The notes beneath the pieces were generated by a model. The model was not told the origin of the DNA. It searched no databases and was given only the letters and a program-made list of their open reading frames with translations. Made by a program: the position numbers and the translations under genes. A stretch of 64,000 bases of DNA from IMG/VR virus record IMGVR_UViG_3300025138_000015. The stretch is one strand, 5' to 3'. This document shows, one piece after another, positions 1 to 11,057 of the stretch. Within the stretch, counting starts at the first letter, position 1; every line of letters starts with the position of its first letter. Source of the stretch: a virus.

Positions 1-2
1 TC

Positions 3-3000
3 TGTTTTGAATGTTGATTTAGCAAAAATTTGACCAACACTAGGTCTAAAGTCAACACAATCTGAAAGTTCAAATGTTCCGTCTGGTTCTAAACCACCCA
101 AGTCAACTCTACTTGGAGAGTAAACAGGTATATCTTTGTAATCGATATTGCCATATGAGTTTACATCATAGAAATCACCAGCATTCGCTGCTGAGAAATA
201 ATCAAAGACTACTAAGATGCTTCCTTGAGGAATAGGTTCACCACTTTTGAGTGTTAGTTTTGCTAAGTCATAGAAACCGTCTCTCTGACCATCGTCAAAG
301 AAGTATCTACTTGTAATTTCTGGAGAACCAGTAGACACATTTGTTAATGTTGCAGTTGCACTTGATGTTTTACCGGCAATTACTTCAGTATCTACAAATC
401 TTTGTTCTGTTAAGTAATAGAAATAACTTGTAGTTCCAGTACCATTTAATGTGACTAATACTGCTCTTGCATCTGATGTCTGGCCAACAATTACTTCATG
501 TTCTGAAAAACTTCCTGATGTGACTGTTAATGTTGCATTAGGTGTTATAGGAGTATTATCAACTCCTTCAAATATACCTCTTATTCTAAATACATCTGAA
601 ACACCAAGAGATATTTCTTTGTTGTCGTAATTAGTTCCATAGAAACCATTTCCAGAAGTATCATTACCACTAATTTTTAAACATCTATTTTTATGTAATG
701 TTTTATCTCTGTTTACAGGACTATTAATATCAACTGTATATGTGACTTTTACTACTGCATCGTTATCATCTGAATGAAAACCACCGATTGTTAATGTGCC
801 TGTTCCTGTAGTTTTTGTGTAATCTTCAACATTTAATAAGTCTCCAACTGCCTTTGCATTACCACCACTATTATTTCCTCTTTCAATAACTGCAATTGTT
901 AAATCATCTGTATTAGGGTCAGCAGAATCAAAAGTTTCTCCTGAAGAAACACTAAGTTGAAAAGCACCTGCACTGACTGTGACTGTTTTTTGTCTTCTTA
1001 CTTTTACTTGGTCAGGTGTATGTGATGCAACCCAATCTCTAGGCCAACTGAATATATTTGCAGTTTGTTCTTGGTCAATAATTTTAACTCTTCGTCTTGT
1101 GACATTTCCTTGGAAAGAACCTGTAGATGGTGCTCCCACTAAAACAGCAGCCGTATTATCGGTGACTGATGCAACGACTAATTCTTCACCTGCTCCAGCA
1201 GGATTGTAAACAACATCTCCTTCTTTTAGTTCTCTTGTAAATGTTGTACCAAAACCTGTCAATGCAGTTGATGAATTTGTTAACTGTACTGTTCCTGTTA
1301 ATACAAAAGCTGAATTTGTTATTACATTAGCCGTAAAGTTTTCTCTACTTGTAGCCTGTGTTGTTTGAAAGATAGAACGAACTCTATCTATATTGTATGT
1401 TCTTACTGCGGTGATTGCTCCATTAGTTTTAGTTGAATCTGAAACACCTCTTGACCTAATACCCATTCCTACTTGGAAAGTTCCAACAACATCATGCAAC
1501 ATATAAAGATTATTTGTATTATCACAAATTGCTACTATACCAGTTGCTCCTGTTGGTACTCCATTATTAACCTGTTCAACTCTATCTCCTACTGAGACTT
1601 CGTTAGATGCAGATACACTATTGAAAGTCACTTGTGTGAACATCTTAATATCAAACATAGATAAATCGAATTGTGCATCATCACCATAGACATTATTTGA
1701 GTCTACACCTGAATTGTGTACAATATCTCTTACTCTTGCATACCCAATTGGGTTTCCACTATTCTTTGCCCCTTGACTTGCAACGACACTAGAAAATAAT
1801 TCACATGTTTGAAATGGGTCTTGAACATCTGTTCCAGATTCATTACCAAATTCAGGCAATGAATGTGCTTTTGTGACTCTTAATTTGTTTCCTAATCTTA
1901 TATTAGTATTTGTTGAAGGAAGTGTTGCTGTTGACCTTGCTTTTTCAAATGGTATTATAGAAGTACCGATTTTTTCTACTTCATAACCTTTAACATATGC
2001 TTTACCTGGAGATACTTGCATAACAAATTTGTCTTCTTTACCACCATTTATTGCTGTATAGAAACCTCTGTTAGTAGTATCGTCTAAATGTTCTCTCATT
2101 GATTGAGTGAATTGTTTTACAACAAAATCACCATTTGCATCAAATGTTCTTCGTGCAAGTGTATTTTCTATTTCGTTATACATAGGTCTATTGACATGTA
2201 ATTCAATAATACCTTGATTAACTCTTGTTAATTCGATGAAGTTTGTATCATCTGAAGTAGTTAATTTCTGTTTTGATAAAGTTAGTGCAATTTTAAATCT
2301 ATCTGCACCTGCAGCGTTTTCGTTTGATGTTCCTGTTGCATTATCTAATAGTGTTGAGTCTTCTGCAGAACCTACAAAGGTTTCTGTTATAGAAAGACCA
2401 ACTTTATAACTTGGTTTACCTGAATACTTTTCAAGTATTAATTCCTGTTTAGCAACTTTAAGAAAGAATCCTCTACTAAAGATGACACCTTCTGAAATGT
2501 TTGCTATCGAAGCACGACCATTTGGTTTTTCGTCTGATACTTCTACTTGAAAGTCGTTGTTGTTTGCACTCACATCTGTTGCATTACCTGATGAGTCTAA
2601 AGTCACAAGTTGCAGTTCTTCATTTGCTGTAAAGGCAAAATCATTTGTTGCATTTGTTCCTTGACTTAGGTAATATACAAATAGAGTCGCTTTATCATCT
2701 GTTGTTTCAGCAGATGAAGTGATAATCTTTGCAACTACACCTGATGTTTTACCTTGAATATGTAAACCATGTGTTGCAGTTCTGAATGTTTCTATGTTTG
2801 CATCACCACTTGCATTTGGATTGGCAGACTTGACCTTGACAAAGTATAATCCCATGTCAACATCACATTGACCACCCGATACTATAGAACCTTCTTTAAA
2901 GAAATGATTACCAAATCTTTCTACTTGATTTTGTAAAATAGATTGAGATTGGGTTAATTCTCTTGCTTGAAGTGGTCTACCTGCACGATAAAGAACCTTT

Positions 3001-3068
3001 TGAAAGTTCTTATCTTCGGAGTAGTCATCATAATAGGGTGATATATTTAAATCAGTTTTCTCTGCCAT
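3..3068 (-). CDS. Large virion structural protein, DUF4815/VrlC-like (partial, runs off left edge)
   Basis: Not in the ORF track. ATG at 3068 reads MAEKTDLNISPYYDDYSEDKNFQKVLYRAGRPLQARELTQSQSILQNQVERFG, the typical N-terminus of this family, and it follows gp8. Confidence 0.85.
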   Translation of the reverse strand, partial: MAEKTDLNISPYYDDYSEDKNFQKVLYRAGRPLQARELTQSQSILQNQVERFGNHFFKEGSIVSGGQCDVDMGLYFVKVKSANPNASGDANIETFRTATHGLHIQGKTSGVVAKIITSSAETTDDKATLFVYYLSQGTNATNDFAFTANEELQLVTLDSSGNATDVSANNNDFQVEVSDEKPNGRASIANISEGVIFSRGFFLKVAKQELILEKYSGKPSYKVGLSITETFVGSAEDSTLLDNATGTSNENAAGADRFKIALTLSKQKLTTSDDTNFIELTRVNQGIIELHVNRPMYNEIENTLARRTFDANGDFVVKQFTQSMREHLDDTTNRGFYTAINGGKEDKFVMQVSPGKAYVKGYEVEKIGTSIIPFEKARSTATLPSTNTNIRLGNKLRVTKAHSLPEFGNESGTDVQDPFQTCELFSSVVASQGAKNSGNPIGYARVRDIVHNSGVDSNNVYGDDAQFDLSMFDIKMFTQVTFNSVSASNEVSVGDRVEQVNNGVPTGATGIVAICDNTNNLYMLHDVVGTFQVGMGIRSRGVSDSTKTNGAITAVRTYNIDRVRSIFQTTQATSRENFTANVITNSAFVLTGTVQLTNSSTALTGFGTTFTRELKEGDVVYNPAGAGEELVVASVTDNTAAVLVGAPSTGSFQGNVTRRRVKIIDQEQTANIFSWPRDWVASHTPDQVKVRRQKTVTVSAGAFQLSVSSGETFDSADPNTDDLTIAVIERGNNSGGNAKAVGDLLNVEDYTKTTGTGTLTIGGFHSDDNDAVVKVTYTVDINSPVNRDKTLHKNRCLKISGNDTSGNGFYGTNYDNKEISLGVSDVFRIRGIFEGVDNTPITPNATLTVTSGSFSEHEVIVGQTSDARAVLVTLNGTGTTSYFYYLTEQRFVDTEVIAGKTSSATATLTNVSTGSPEITSRYFFDDGQRDGFYDLAKLTLKSGEPIPQGSILVVFDYFSAANAGDFYDVNSYGNIDYKDIPVYSPSRVDLGGLEPDGTFELSDCVDFRPSVGQIFAKSTFKT

Positions 3069-3088
3069 TGTTTGTCCTAAATTTTAAA

Positions 3089-3110
3089 ATGGGAGTTCTT
3101 TAACTCCCAT
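3089..3110 (-). terminator. Intergenic hairpin / weak intrinsic terminator after gp8
   Basis: ATGGGAGTT-CTTT-AACTCCCAT perfect 9-bp stem, followed by TTTT on the minus strand. Confidence 0.5.
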
Positions 3111-3113
3111 AAA

Positions 3114-4580
3114 TTACATTTCGATAATCAGTTTGATATCTTCAATTTGGTCAGCCGCTCTAGTCACTGCACCTCTATTCTCAATATACATCATTCTACC
3201 AGTGTTTTTTGCAACTTCTGGATTCGCAGGAGCACCGTTGATAGTTCCTATTGAACCAGAACCTATCTTATAGATTGTTTCTGCATTTGCAAAGTTTACA
3301 TAACCACCCTCACTGTTTGCGTGGTGTAGATATGAAACAGAAGTTCCGGTAATTGAAACAACTCTCGCTGCCCCAACTCCAGCACCATCTGCTGATGCAT
3401 TAAAGATTATGTCATCTACTGATAATGAACCGATTGATGAAAGAGTCATAGTGTTATATGCTTTCATACTTGTTGCAGTAGACCTATTTGTTGTTCCAAA
3501 TGCAAATGGGTCTTGACATAGACCAATTCTTCTGAAATCGTTATCTGTTGGGAAGTCACCGCCACCCGCTGCAAATTCTAATCTTGAATTTACAATGATG
3601 AAGTTTCCGCCTAATTCTTCTACAGGGTCAGCACCATGTCCGAAAGGAGGTGAGATTACTGGAGTTGCAACTCCGCCTGAACCACTACCGATACTTGCTA
3701 TATTTGCAACATCAATTGATGCTCTCTTATATCCTGTTCCTCTTGTAGTCACATTGATTTCTCTTAAACCACCTGAAACTACTATTACTTGACATACTCC
3801 ACTTGAACCATCACCATCGATAGCAACATTACTATATGTTCCGTTAGTGTAACCAGAACCTGGATTGTCTACTTTAATATGCAAGACTGAACCATCAACA
3901 GCATTTGTCTCAACTTGATATTGTGAAGAACTATCGTTGTCTGCTGAGGAGTTCAGACCACCGTTTGTGTGAGTTCCAAAAATTTCTGTTTGAGCACCTA
4001 GTGTTTTAACTGGTATAAAGTCGTTAGTCACAAACTTAATTGTGTCTGATGCAGAAATAGTGTACATGTATTTCCAAAGATAAGGCATTCCGTCTGTTCC
4101 ACCTTCATCTGAAGCTGTTCCTTCAAATAGAACTGATACATCTGTTCCTGTAGGTTTGTTAATTGAACCCACAACAGTACCATTTTCATCTCTTCCTGTT
4201 CTAATACATTTATATACATGATACTCGTCTGTTAAGACATAGAATCTTGCTTCGTATAGATTGTTCTTAGATGTTGCAGGTGATAATTTTGTTGCACTGT
4301 AATCATGTGAATACTCATCATAAGTTGTTCCTGATGTCCAGTTATATCTTGTGATACCATGAGATACATCTGCTGGGTCAACTTTTTTAAGTGCCAACAT
4401 ATCTGCCCATGCATCTATTTCTTCACCAACTCCATTTGAAGGTGCTGGTGGGTTATTTTCGTCTGCCCAATCGTATGAACGACCTATGAAAACATATGTT
4501 GATGAATCTGCTTCACCAAAGTCTTCCTTAAACTGTCTCGCGTTATGAACACGAAACTTTTCTGTAATAATTGCTGCCAT
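3114..4580 (-). CDS. gp8: Baseplate wedge subunit gp8
   Basis: MAAIITEKFR N-terminus, RYNWTSGTTYD, YKC, WKYMYTI and C-terminal DQIEDIKLIIEM motifs; synteny. Confidence 0.9.
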   Translation of the reverse strand: MAAIITEKFRVHNARQFKEDFGEADSSTYVFIGRSYDWADENNPPAPSNGVGEEIDAWADMLALKKVDPADVSHGITRYNWTSGTTYDEYSHDYSATKLSPATSKNNLYEARFYVLTDEYHVYKCIRTGRDENGTVVGSINKPTGTDVSVLFEGTASDEGGTDGMPYLWKYMYTISASDTIKFVTNDFIPVKTLGAQTEIFGTHTNGGLNSSADNDSSSQYQVETNAVDGSVLHIKVDNPGSGYTNGTYSNVAIDGDGSSGVCQVIVVSGGLREINVTTRGTGYKRASIDVANIASIGSGSGGVATPVISPPFGHGADPVEELGGNFIIVNSRLEFAAGGGDFPTDNDFRRIGLCQDPFAFGTTNRSTATSMKAYNTMTLSSIGSLSVDDIIFNASADGAGVGAARVVSITGTSVSYLHHANSEGGYVNFANAETIYKIGSGSIGTINGAPANPEVAKNTGRMMYIENRGAVTRAADQIEDIKLIIEM

Positions 4581-4623
4581 TTTTTTAATCTCCTCAGATT
4601 ATTTAACTTTTCTGTAATACTAT

Positions 4624-7600
4624 TTATGCAGTTGCCGACTTGACATATGCATTAAATGTTAAATTTGTTCGTAAATTTTTATGATTGTCATATTCAGATA
4701 CATAGAACTTGGGGTAATATGTTTCTAAATCTGATATTCTTAAACCCTCTCTAATGGATTCTTCCATTAATACACTACCCGAATTATCTTCCATTAAGAT
4801 GTCGTCATTATCCGTTTCATCTTTCATATGATAAGTTATTCGATAAGTGTTTTGTTCACTAATTGTATTTATAGTGTTAAATCGAGACCCTAAAGGAACG
4901 AAACTGACTATGCCATTTTCTGAGTTCTCTTCATCAATTAGTGTGTCTCCATCTTCCATACAGATTCTTTCATTCTCTTCTGTTCGAAGGTATTTTCCTG
5001 CCAACTCTATAGACCTTTCAGTCGTAAAGTAATGAACAGGTTCATCTGTAGTTGCACTTTCTAGTCTGAATATACTTCCGTCTTCCATTGTGAAGACATC
5101 ACCAAAGTCACCTTTGACTCGTGCATCTTTCTCGGGTTCCATTCTTACTACACAAACTTCTTCTTCTAATTCAATAAGTCCACCATCTTCAAGTATTAGT
5201 TGTTCATCGACTAGAGAACCAATTTGTATAATTTTACCTTTGTCTGCAGGTCTTCTTTCTGGACTTCTAACTAAATAATCGTGGTCTGAAGAATCTAATG
5301 ATAGAGATGTTGGTATACCGTCATGTGAACCTTTTGCATGATTTGTTATTCTCATAGCAAACGAATCAATAAAGGTTATGTTTATATGTCTTGACCTATG
5401 TGAACTGTCATAGAACTCTGAATGAGCACCTAAATCTTGTCCTGCTGGGTTTGTTGTGTCAACTGTATTTAATATACCATAAGTACCAATATTGATTCCT
5501 GGAATACCTGCTTCCATTAACTGCATCATAACACCTGAAGCAGTGACTTCACTGTCTGTAGTCCAAAGATTTACAACTCTTGTGGAATTTGCAAATGCAT
5601 TTGGAACTGCAATACCAACATCTAAGTTCATTATAAGTGTTGGTCTAAATCTAAACTGTTCGTCTGCAACTGTATTAATAGATGAGTTAATTGCAACTTC
5701 ACCAAAGAATATGTGTCCTGCTGGGTGAATTAAGTCCTTTAATACACTTCTCCAACTATTAATTGATTCTCCGACTTTAACTACATATGAATGTGTTTGA
5801 TAGTATAGACCATCTTGTATGTTTGATGCATCTGCATCTAATGTTCCTTTATCACCCAATAATGCTTCATTTACTGTTCCTTCTCCAGCAAATTTACCTC
5901 TTCCTGAAATTGGGTCTGATTTAAATACTGTAAACTTATCAACTGAATTGTATTTAACTACTTCACCTTCTAAGAATTCACCTGATAAATCAGTATATGT
6001 TAAAATTTGTCTACCTGTATTATAACTCACAACTTTTGCAGTTGTTCCTGAAGTTGCACCTGTTATAACTAAATCACGATTAAGTGTTGCAGTTGGGGTA
6101 GAGACCAACATAGGATAATGTGAATCTTTTGAAACAACACCATCTGAATCAAAGTTATAACCTTGACCTATGATATTAATTGATTCTGCACCACCAATTT
6201 CATCTGAATATGCAAGGAGTTTTGCACCTGTTCCTGATGAAACTACTTGTTTTCTGTTTACTCTTTGAACACCTGAGAGTGAACCTGTTATCTGTTCATT
6301 GTCCTGAAAAACACCTATATCTGTATGAGTTCTCTTTACAATAATTCTTTTATTTGGTATATCTAGTCTAACAACAGATGCAGTTGCATTTGATACTGAA
6401 CCTGTTATCACTTCATCAACTAAGAAGTCACTTACAGAATCAAAATACAAATAACCACCTGGAAATATTGTTGGTGCGGAAGTATATCCTACACCACCAT
6501 TTTTAATCTCAACAGCTCTGATTCGGCCGTCATCTGAAATAATTGACCCACCTGATTCATAAGCATTGTATGTTATTGGTTTTCCTTGTTCGGATAATAA
6601 TCTATTACTTTCAGTATAGATTTCTACCTTTTCACCACCAGATAGGGGTGTTCCAAATATGACTCTATCATTTTTTGCGATATAAACAGAACCATCACCT
6701 GGGTCTGTTTGTAATAAACCATCTTTATATACTTTTACTGTATGGTCATTGAAGAATACATATCTTCCATTTGTGTCTTTTATATTTGGTCCGCCAAATG
6801 TTGTTTGACCACCTATTGCCGTAAACTCAAATTGACCCCAAAGTGTGGCATTCTCTAATACAATTTCATCACCAGTTGCACCGATAACTCCTTCTGCACC
6901 ATTACCACCTGAATTGGTTTCATCAAATATGACTAAGTCTCCTGCCTCATAATTAATACCACCATTCTCAATAATAACTTCTTCAACTCCACCGTCTGAT
7001 AAACCATCAACTCTTGCAGAAGAGTCTACAACTCCTGCATCAGATTTACCTGCACCAAAAATTATGGTATCATTCATTGAATATAGAGAACCTATTGTAG
7101 ATTTCTCCATAAGAATACCAGAACCATCTTCTGCTAAGATAACGCCGTTATCATTATGTTCTATGTAAGTGGATGAACCACCATCTGTATTAATTGCAGT
7201 ATTAACGCCTGATATAGTTCCTGTATATGATGTAATACCATCTCTATCCAAAACTTGAACACTGGTGTTTTCTATAAATGTGCCGTAATGATTTCTGGAT
7301 ATACTACAAGAATAGACATCTGTAGCAAGTGTATTGATTCTTTCTATATTTGCTTCTGCAAGTATAGTTTTTCCGTCTACATCAAAATAAGTTATCTTAT
7401 CTGTTTCTGCAGGCACCTTTTCAGTAGGCATTTTAAGAACCAATCTTCTTTCTTCACTGTAATCAGATTCAGATATGTAAATTGTCTCTTTATCAGGATA
7501 TCTAACTTCAGCATCCTGAGCATATAAGAGTCTCATTAAGAATTTAATTGACTCTTCACTTCCTTTCTTCTGATACAAATCAGAAATGTTTTTGATTGTT

Positions 7601-8202
7601 AACCTTTTATTCTTTAACTTCGATAAGTCAATAGAAGGTAAGAAGTCTCTCTGGAAGTATTGTAGAAATTCTTCTGTTGTATGGTCGATATCAGAGTAAT
7701 CTAATAATCGATTGTTTGCAAGTATAGAGTTTTCTCTATATTTTTCAACAATTGCAGTTTGCAAACTATTTCTACCCTCAATAGTTTCATCTTTTGAGAA
7801 ACCATTTCCTGATATTGTAGAAATGTAAAGTTTGTTGCCATTGATGACATCTATTCTTGCAATAGAACCGTTATCTTTTCCGTAAATGTATTCACCAACT
7901 TCTAAAGGGTCAGCATTTGCATTCGGATTAGTTGCATTCGATTCATTAATAATTTTTGATGAGTCTTCATCGGGAGACGGTGAGACGGTCGCAACCTCTA
8001 CAAGTAGAGAGCCTTGACCGTCTTCTAAAGCAATACCGTCTAAATCGCTTTGTGATTTAAGAGTTAAACACTCTTTCTCTAAGAATTCAAAATATGCAGA
8101 TAAAAATGCCGTAAAGGCAGGTGCATCTTCTCTTACATGTTCTGGTAAGATTGTATGCAGTCTTTGTGTTATTTTATCTGATGATAATGATTCGTGAGAC
8201 AT
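4624..8202 (-). CDS. gp7: Baseplate wedge initiator gp7-like protein
   Basis: FLSAYFEFLE, IKNISDLYQKKGSEESIKFLMRLLY, QDGLYYQTHSYVVK, HPAG motifs; located between gp6 and gp8. Confidence 0.8.
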   Translation of the reverse strand: MSHESLSSDKITQRLHTILPEHVREDAPAFTAFLSAYFEFLEKECLTLKSQSDLDGIALEDGQGSLLVEVATVSPSPDEDSSKIINESNATNPNANADPLEVGEYIYGKDNGSIARIDVINGNKLYISTISGNGFSKDETIEGRNSLQTAIVEKYRENSILANNRLLDYSDIDHTTEEFLQYFQRDFLPSIDLSKLKNKRLTIKNISDLYQKKGSEESIKFLMRLLYAQDAEVRYPDKETIYISESDYSEERRLVLKMPTEKVPAETDKITYFDVDGKTILAEANIERINTLATDVYSCSISRNHYGTFIENTSVQVLDRDGITSYTGTISGVNTAINTDGGSSTYIEHNDNGVILAEDGSGILMEKSTIGSLYSMNDTIIFGAGKSDAGVVDSSARVDGLSDGGVEEVIIENGGINYEAGDLVIFDETNSGGNGAEGVIGATGDEIVLENATLWGQFEFTAIGGQTTFGGPNIKDTNGRYVFFNDHTVKVYKDGLLQTDPGDGSVYIAKNDRVIFGTPLSGGEKVEIYTESNRLLSEQGKPITYNAYESGGSIISDDGRIRAVEIKNGGVGYTSAPTIFPGGYLYFDSVSDFLVDEVITGSVSNATASVVRLDIPNKRIIVKRTHTDIGVFQDNEQITGSLSGVQRVNRKQVVSSGTGAKLLAYSDEIGGAESINIIGQGYNFDSDGVVSKDSHYPMLVSTPTATLNRDLVITGATSGTTAKVVSYNTGRQILTYTDLSGEFLEGEVVKYNSVDKFTVFKSDPISGRGKFAGEGTVNEALLGDKGTLDADASNIQDGLYYQTHSYVVKVGESINSWRSVLKDLIHPAGHIFFGEVAINSSINTVADEQFRFRPTLIMNLDVGIAVPNAFANSTRVVNLWTTDSEVTASGVMMQLMEAGIPGINIGTYGILNTVDTTNPAGQDLGAHSEFYDSSHRSRHINITFIDSFAMRITNHAKGSHDGIPTSLSLDSSDHDYLVRSPERRPADKGKIIQIGSLVDEQLILEDGGLIELEEEVCVVRMEPEKDARVKGDFGDVFTMEDGSIFRLESATTDEPVHYFTTERSIELAGKYLRTEENERICMEDGDTLIDEENSENGIVSFVPLGSRFNTINTISEQNTYRITYHMKDETDNDDILMEDNSGSVLMEESIREGLRISDLETYYPKFYVSEYDNHKNLRTNLTFNAYVKSATA

Positions 8203-8213
8203 TTAGTTTACTC

Positions 8214-8684
8214 TTATGTTAATGTACAACCGTTGTTAGCAACAACAAACCACTTTGCACCATTCCACATGCATACACAGCCTTCGCCTTGTGCATCAAG
8301 TGTAATTTGTTCTGTTCCATCGACTGAACCACCCCATGAAGCAACAGTAATAGCTGCTGAGCCACCACTGCCCATTCCAGAACAAGCAATTAACATTAAT
8401 TGACCAGTTTGTGTTCCAGCACCTAAATCGAAAACGATTTTTGAACTAAAACCACTACCATTTATAATGTTAGTAAATTGGTTTTGTAATGTTGAACTAG
8501 TTGCCGTATGTGTGACAATATCATCTACTGCTAAATGAGTAGGAATATTTTCAAACAATTGACCAATAGTCATTTTTTTGTTGACAGGTGTTCCACCTGG
8601 GTTGTCAACGATGTGTAGTAAATCATCAGCACCAATTGCTGAATCTGATACTGCTGATAATGCTGATATTTTTTTATCTGCCAT
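8214..8684 (-). CDS. Small virion/fibre protein with KISAL-type N-terminal domain
   Basis: MADKKISALS...DDLLHIVD...NKKMT N-terminus typical of phage tail-fibre attachment domains; strong AGGAG RBS. Confidence 0.6.
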   Translation of the reverse strand: MADKKISALSAVSDSAIGADDLLHIVDNPGGTPVNKKMTIGQLFENIPTHLAVDDIVTHTATSSTLQNQFTNIINGSGFSSKIVFDLGAGTQTGQLMLIACSGMGSGGSAAITVASWGGSVDGTEQITLDAQGEGCVCMWNGAKWFVVANNGCTLT

Positions 8685-8764
8685 TTTATTTCTCCTTTTA
8701 TATAATCCAAATTAATGGGAAACTACTCGCGGGACTCGCGACCACTTTATTCATAACGAATACC

Positions 8765-10636
8765 TTAATATGTAGAACTAGATGTTGATTTAAAACCAAC
8801 CCCAGCACTACTCTCACCACTTGCGATGGTGTCTATTTCACCTTTAATCGTGACATCGGCAGAAGAGATATCTACTAGAGAACCTCTTGTTGCCACTACA
8901 TCGTAGCTGTCAGGAATAATTGTGAAATCAATCGTTGTATTGGTGTTTACTGTTGAGGTAACCATCAATGCATTGATTGTAATTTTACCTGTAGTGTAAT
9001 CTACTACACCTGCAGTAGTATCACTATAGATTCTTGTTGAACCAGATAGATAGTATCTTCTTAGATTACCATTACCATCGTCATCAAAATATTGTGTGTT
9101 TACAGAATCACCTGTAACCGTAAATCCTGTGGAATCCAAAATTCCACCTAAATCTTTGTTGTATGCTGTATTTGGATGATAGAAAGGGTTACCAAATTCA
9201 TTTATATAACCAATCTTTTTGTTTAGGGTCATATTTGAGGCTTTCTTCAACCTTATGTTTGTTATGTTAGATAAAATTGATGTATCTGTTGCATCAATGT
9301 CTTTTACTAAATTTGAATGTCTGAATATACTATCGAAGTTAGCAAGATTATCATTATCGTAAGTATTTATTGTTGTATTGACCAACTGTTCTAACTCACC
9401 TTTTGAAAGTGTTGTAAAGTTATTATTGTATTTGAATATTGTTGAGATAAGAATCTTAATAATTTCTGGATTTACAATCTCAGGTCTTACAGTAACCATA
9501 TTCAATCCATTTAGTTTTCTGACAACTTCTGCCTTCTCTACTTCTGTTAAGTAGTCTGAGTTTTTAGGTTTAATTGCAAGAAATACTTTTCCATATTCTG
9601 GTGGACTGTTATCTTCACCACCCCATACTGCAACTGCATCTGCATTCGGGTAATACTCACTGACTTTTGCTTTGTAGTCATTCAGTGTTACCAGTCTGTT
9701 CTGAGATGTAAAGAATTTGTTTGCTTTGAACTTAATTGATTCTATCGATTCTTTCTCTGCACCACCTGTTGATTTCGATGTGGTGGTAATAACGGAATCT
9801 GAGTAACCATTTATTGCAGTAATTTGTGAAAAGGTTTTTGCACCATCGGCATGGTCTGTATCAACTACTATATAAGTCACAGTGATTATATCACCGTCTA
9901 AGAGTTCTTTTCCTAATACACCATCACCAAAGTATACTTCTAAATAACCTTCTTCATTTTCTTGTGTGTAGTAAACTTTAGATGTTGTTGATATAGTTGA
10001 AATGTCTGTAGACAATGCATATGTTTCTGAAACACCAGCAGAATTAACTACTAATGATAATTTACTTCTATCAACTCTCTCGTTGGATAGAACAAACTTT
10101 GCATTCTTAATTTGTCTATCATAGACAAAAGAATCAACCATATATGTACCTTGTGATATCTCAACACCTGAATAGTTGAAAGTAGTACCATTTTGAGTTG
10201 GTTTATTTGTATCTGTAGTCACAAAGTCATATGATACACCATCAAAAACTGTACCAAAAATATGTCCTCTAGGAATAGTCATCTCTGAAAGTGTAGGAGA
10301 AGTTCCGTCTGCAAGAACAACATTGTTAAGTGCAATATCAACAATAGCAGATGACACCTTTTCAGATGCAGGTGTAAAACCTAAATCTTTTGCACGAGAT
10401 ACTACATTCTTTCTAATTTGAGCAGAATCTAAGAAGAGTTCTGACGCTGCAATATTAGTATTGACTGCACCAATATGTGATGAATATGCAAGTAAGTCAA
10501 TCAATGTTGACATTGTTGAACCTTCAAAGTTATAATCTTTTAACTTATCTTGTCCTTTAAGATACGCTTTTAAGTTATCTGAGATTGCATCAAAATCTAA
10601 TTCTGTAATATTTATTTGTGAACTCTTTGTTGCCAT
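8765..10636 (-). CDS. gp6: Baseplate wedge subunit gp6
   Basis: LDFDAI...DYNFEGS, ESIESIKF, QNRLVTLNDY, WGGEDNSPPEYGKVF motifs. Confidence 0.95.
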   Translation of the reverse strand: MATKSSQINITELDFDAISDNLKAYLKGQDKLKDYNFEGSTMSTLIDLLAYSSHIGAVNTNIAASELFLDSAQIRKNVVSRAKDLGFTPASEKVSSAIVDIALNNVVLADGTSPTLSEMTIPRGHIFGTVFDGVSYDFVTTDTNKPTQNGTTFNYSGVEISQGTYMVDSFVYDRQIKNAKFVLSNERVDRSKLSLVVNSAGVSETYALSTDISTISTTSKVYYTQENEEGYLEVYFGDGVLGKELLDGDIITVTYIVVDTDHADGAKTFSQITAINGYSDSVITTTSKSTGGAEKESIESIKFKANKFFTSQNRLVTLNDYKAKVSEYYPNADAVAVWGGEDNSPPEYGKVFLAIKPKNSDYLTEVEKAEVVRKLNGLNMVTVRPEIVNPEIIKILISTIFKYNNNFTTLSKGELEQLVNTTINTYDNDNLANFDSIFRHSNLVKDIDATDTSILSNITNIRLKKASNMTLNKKIGYINEFGNPFYHPNTAYNKDLGGILDSTGFTVTGDSVNTQYFDDDGNGNLRRYYLSGSTRIYSDTTAGVVDYTTGKITINALMVTSTVNTNTTIDFTIIPDSYDVVATRGSLVDISSADVTIKGEIDTIASGESSAGVGFKSTSSSTY

Positions 10637-11052
10637 TATCTTGCCCTTTTAAGTGTCATGTTGACTTCTTGATTCGGCATACCATTTAAAATCGTATAAT
10701 TAATTGTGATATGCAAATCATTATTTCTTTTTATTGTGAATTGAGGTATTACATTTGAAACTCTTGGTTCAAAATCCTCAATAACTTCTTTAATTTTCAT
10801 TTGTGCAGTTTTGACTCTTCTTTCGGTGTTAAGTGCAAACAATAAGTCTCTCATTCCACCAGCAAGAGCAGGTTTGAATGGTCTTTCATAGTAATTCGTC
10901 AACATGATATTCTTAATTGACTGTTTGATTGCATCTGAGTCTTTCTTAATTGTTATATCACCTGTTATAGGGTGTGCAGTAAAGTTCATGTCTAAATCTG
11001 CATAAACTTCCTTCGATGCTACATTCTTTCCTTGTGATTTTAAATCTGCCAT
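10636..11052 (-). CDS. gp25: Baseplate wedge subunit gp25
   Basis: YADLDMNF..HPITGD, AIKQSIKNIMLTNYYERPF, FEPRV motifs. Confidence 0.92.
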   Translation of the reverse strand: MADLKSQGKNVASKEVYADLDMNFTAHPITGDITIKKDSDAIKQSIKNIMLTNYYERPFKPALAGGMRDLLFALNTERRVKTAQMKIKEVIEDFEPRVSNVIPQFTIKRNNDLHITINYTILNGMPNQEVNMTLKRAR

Positions 11053-11057
11053 ATATC

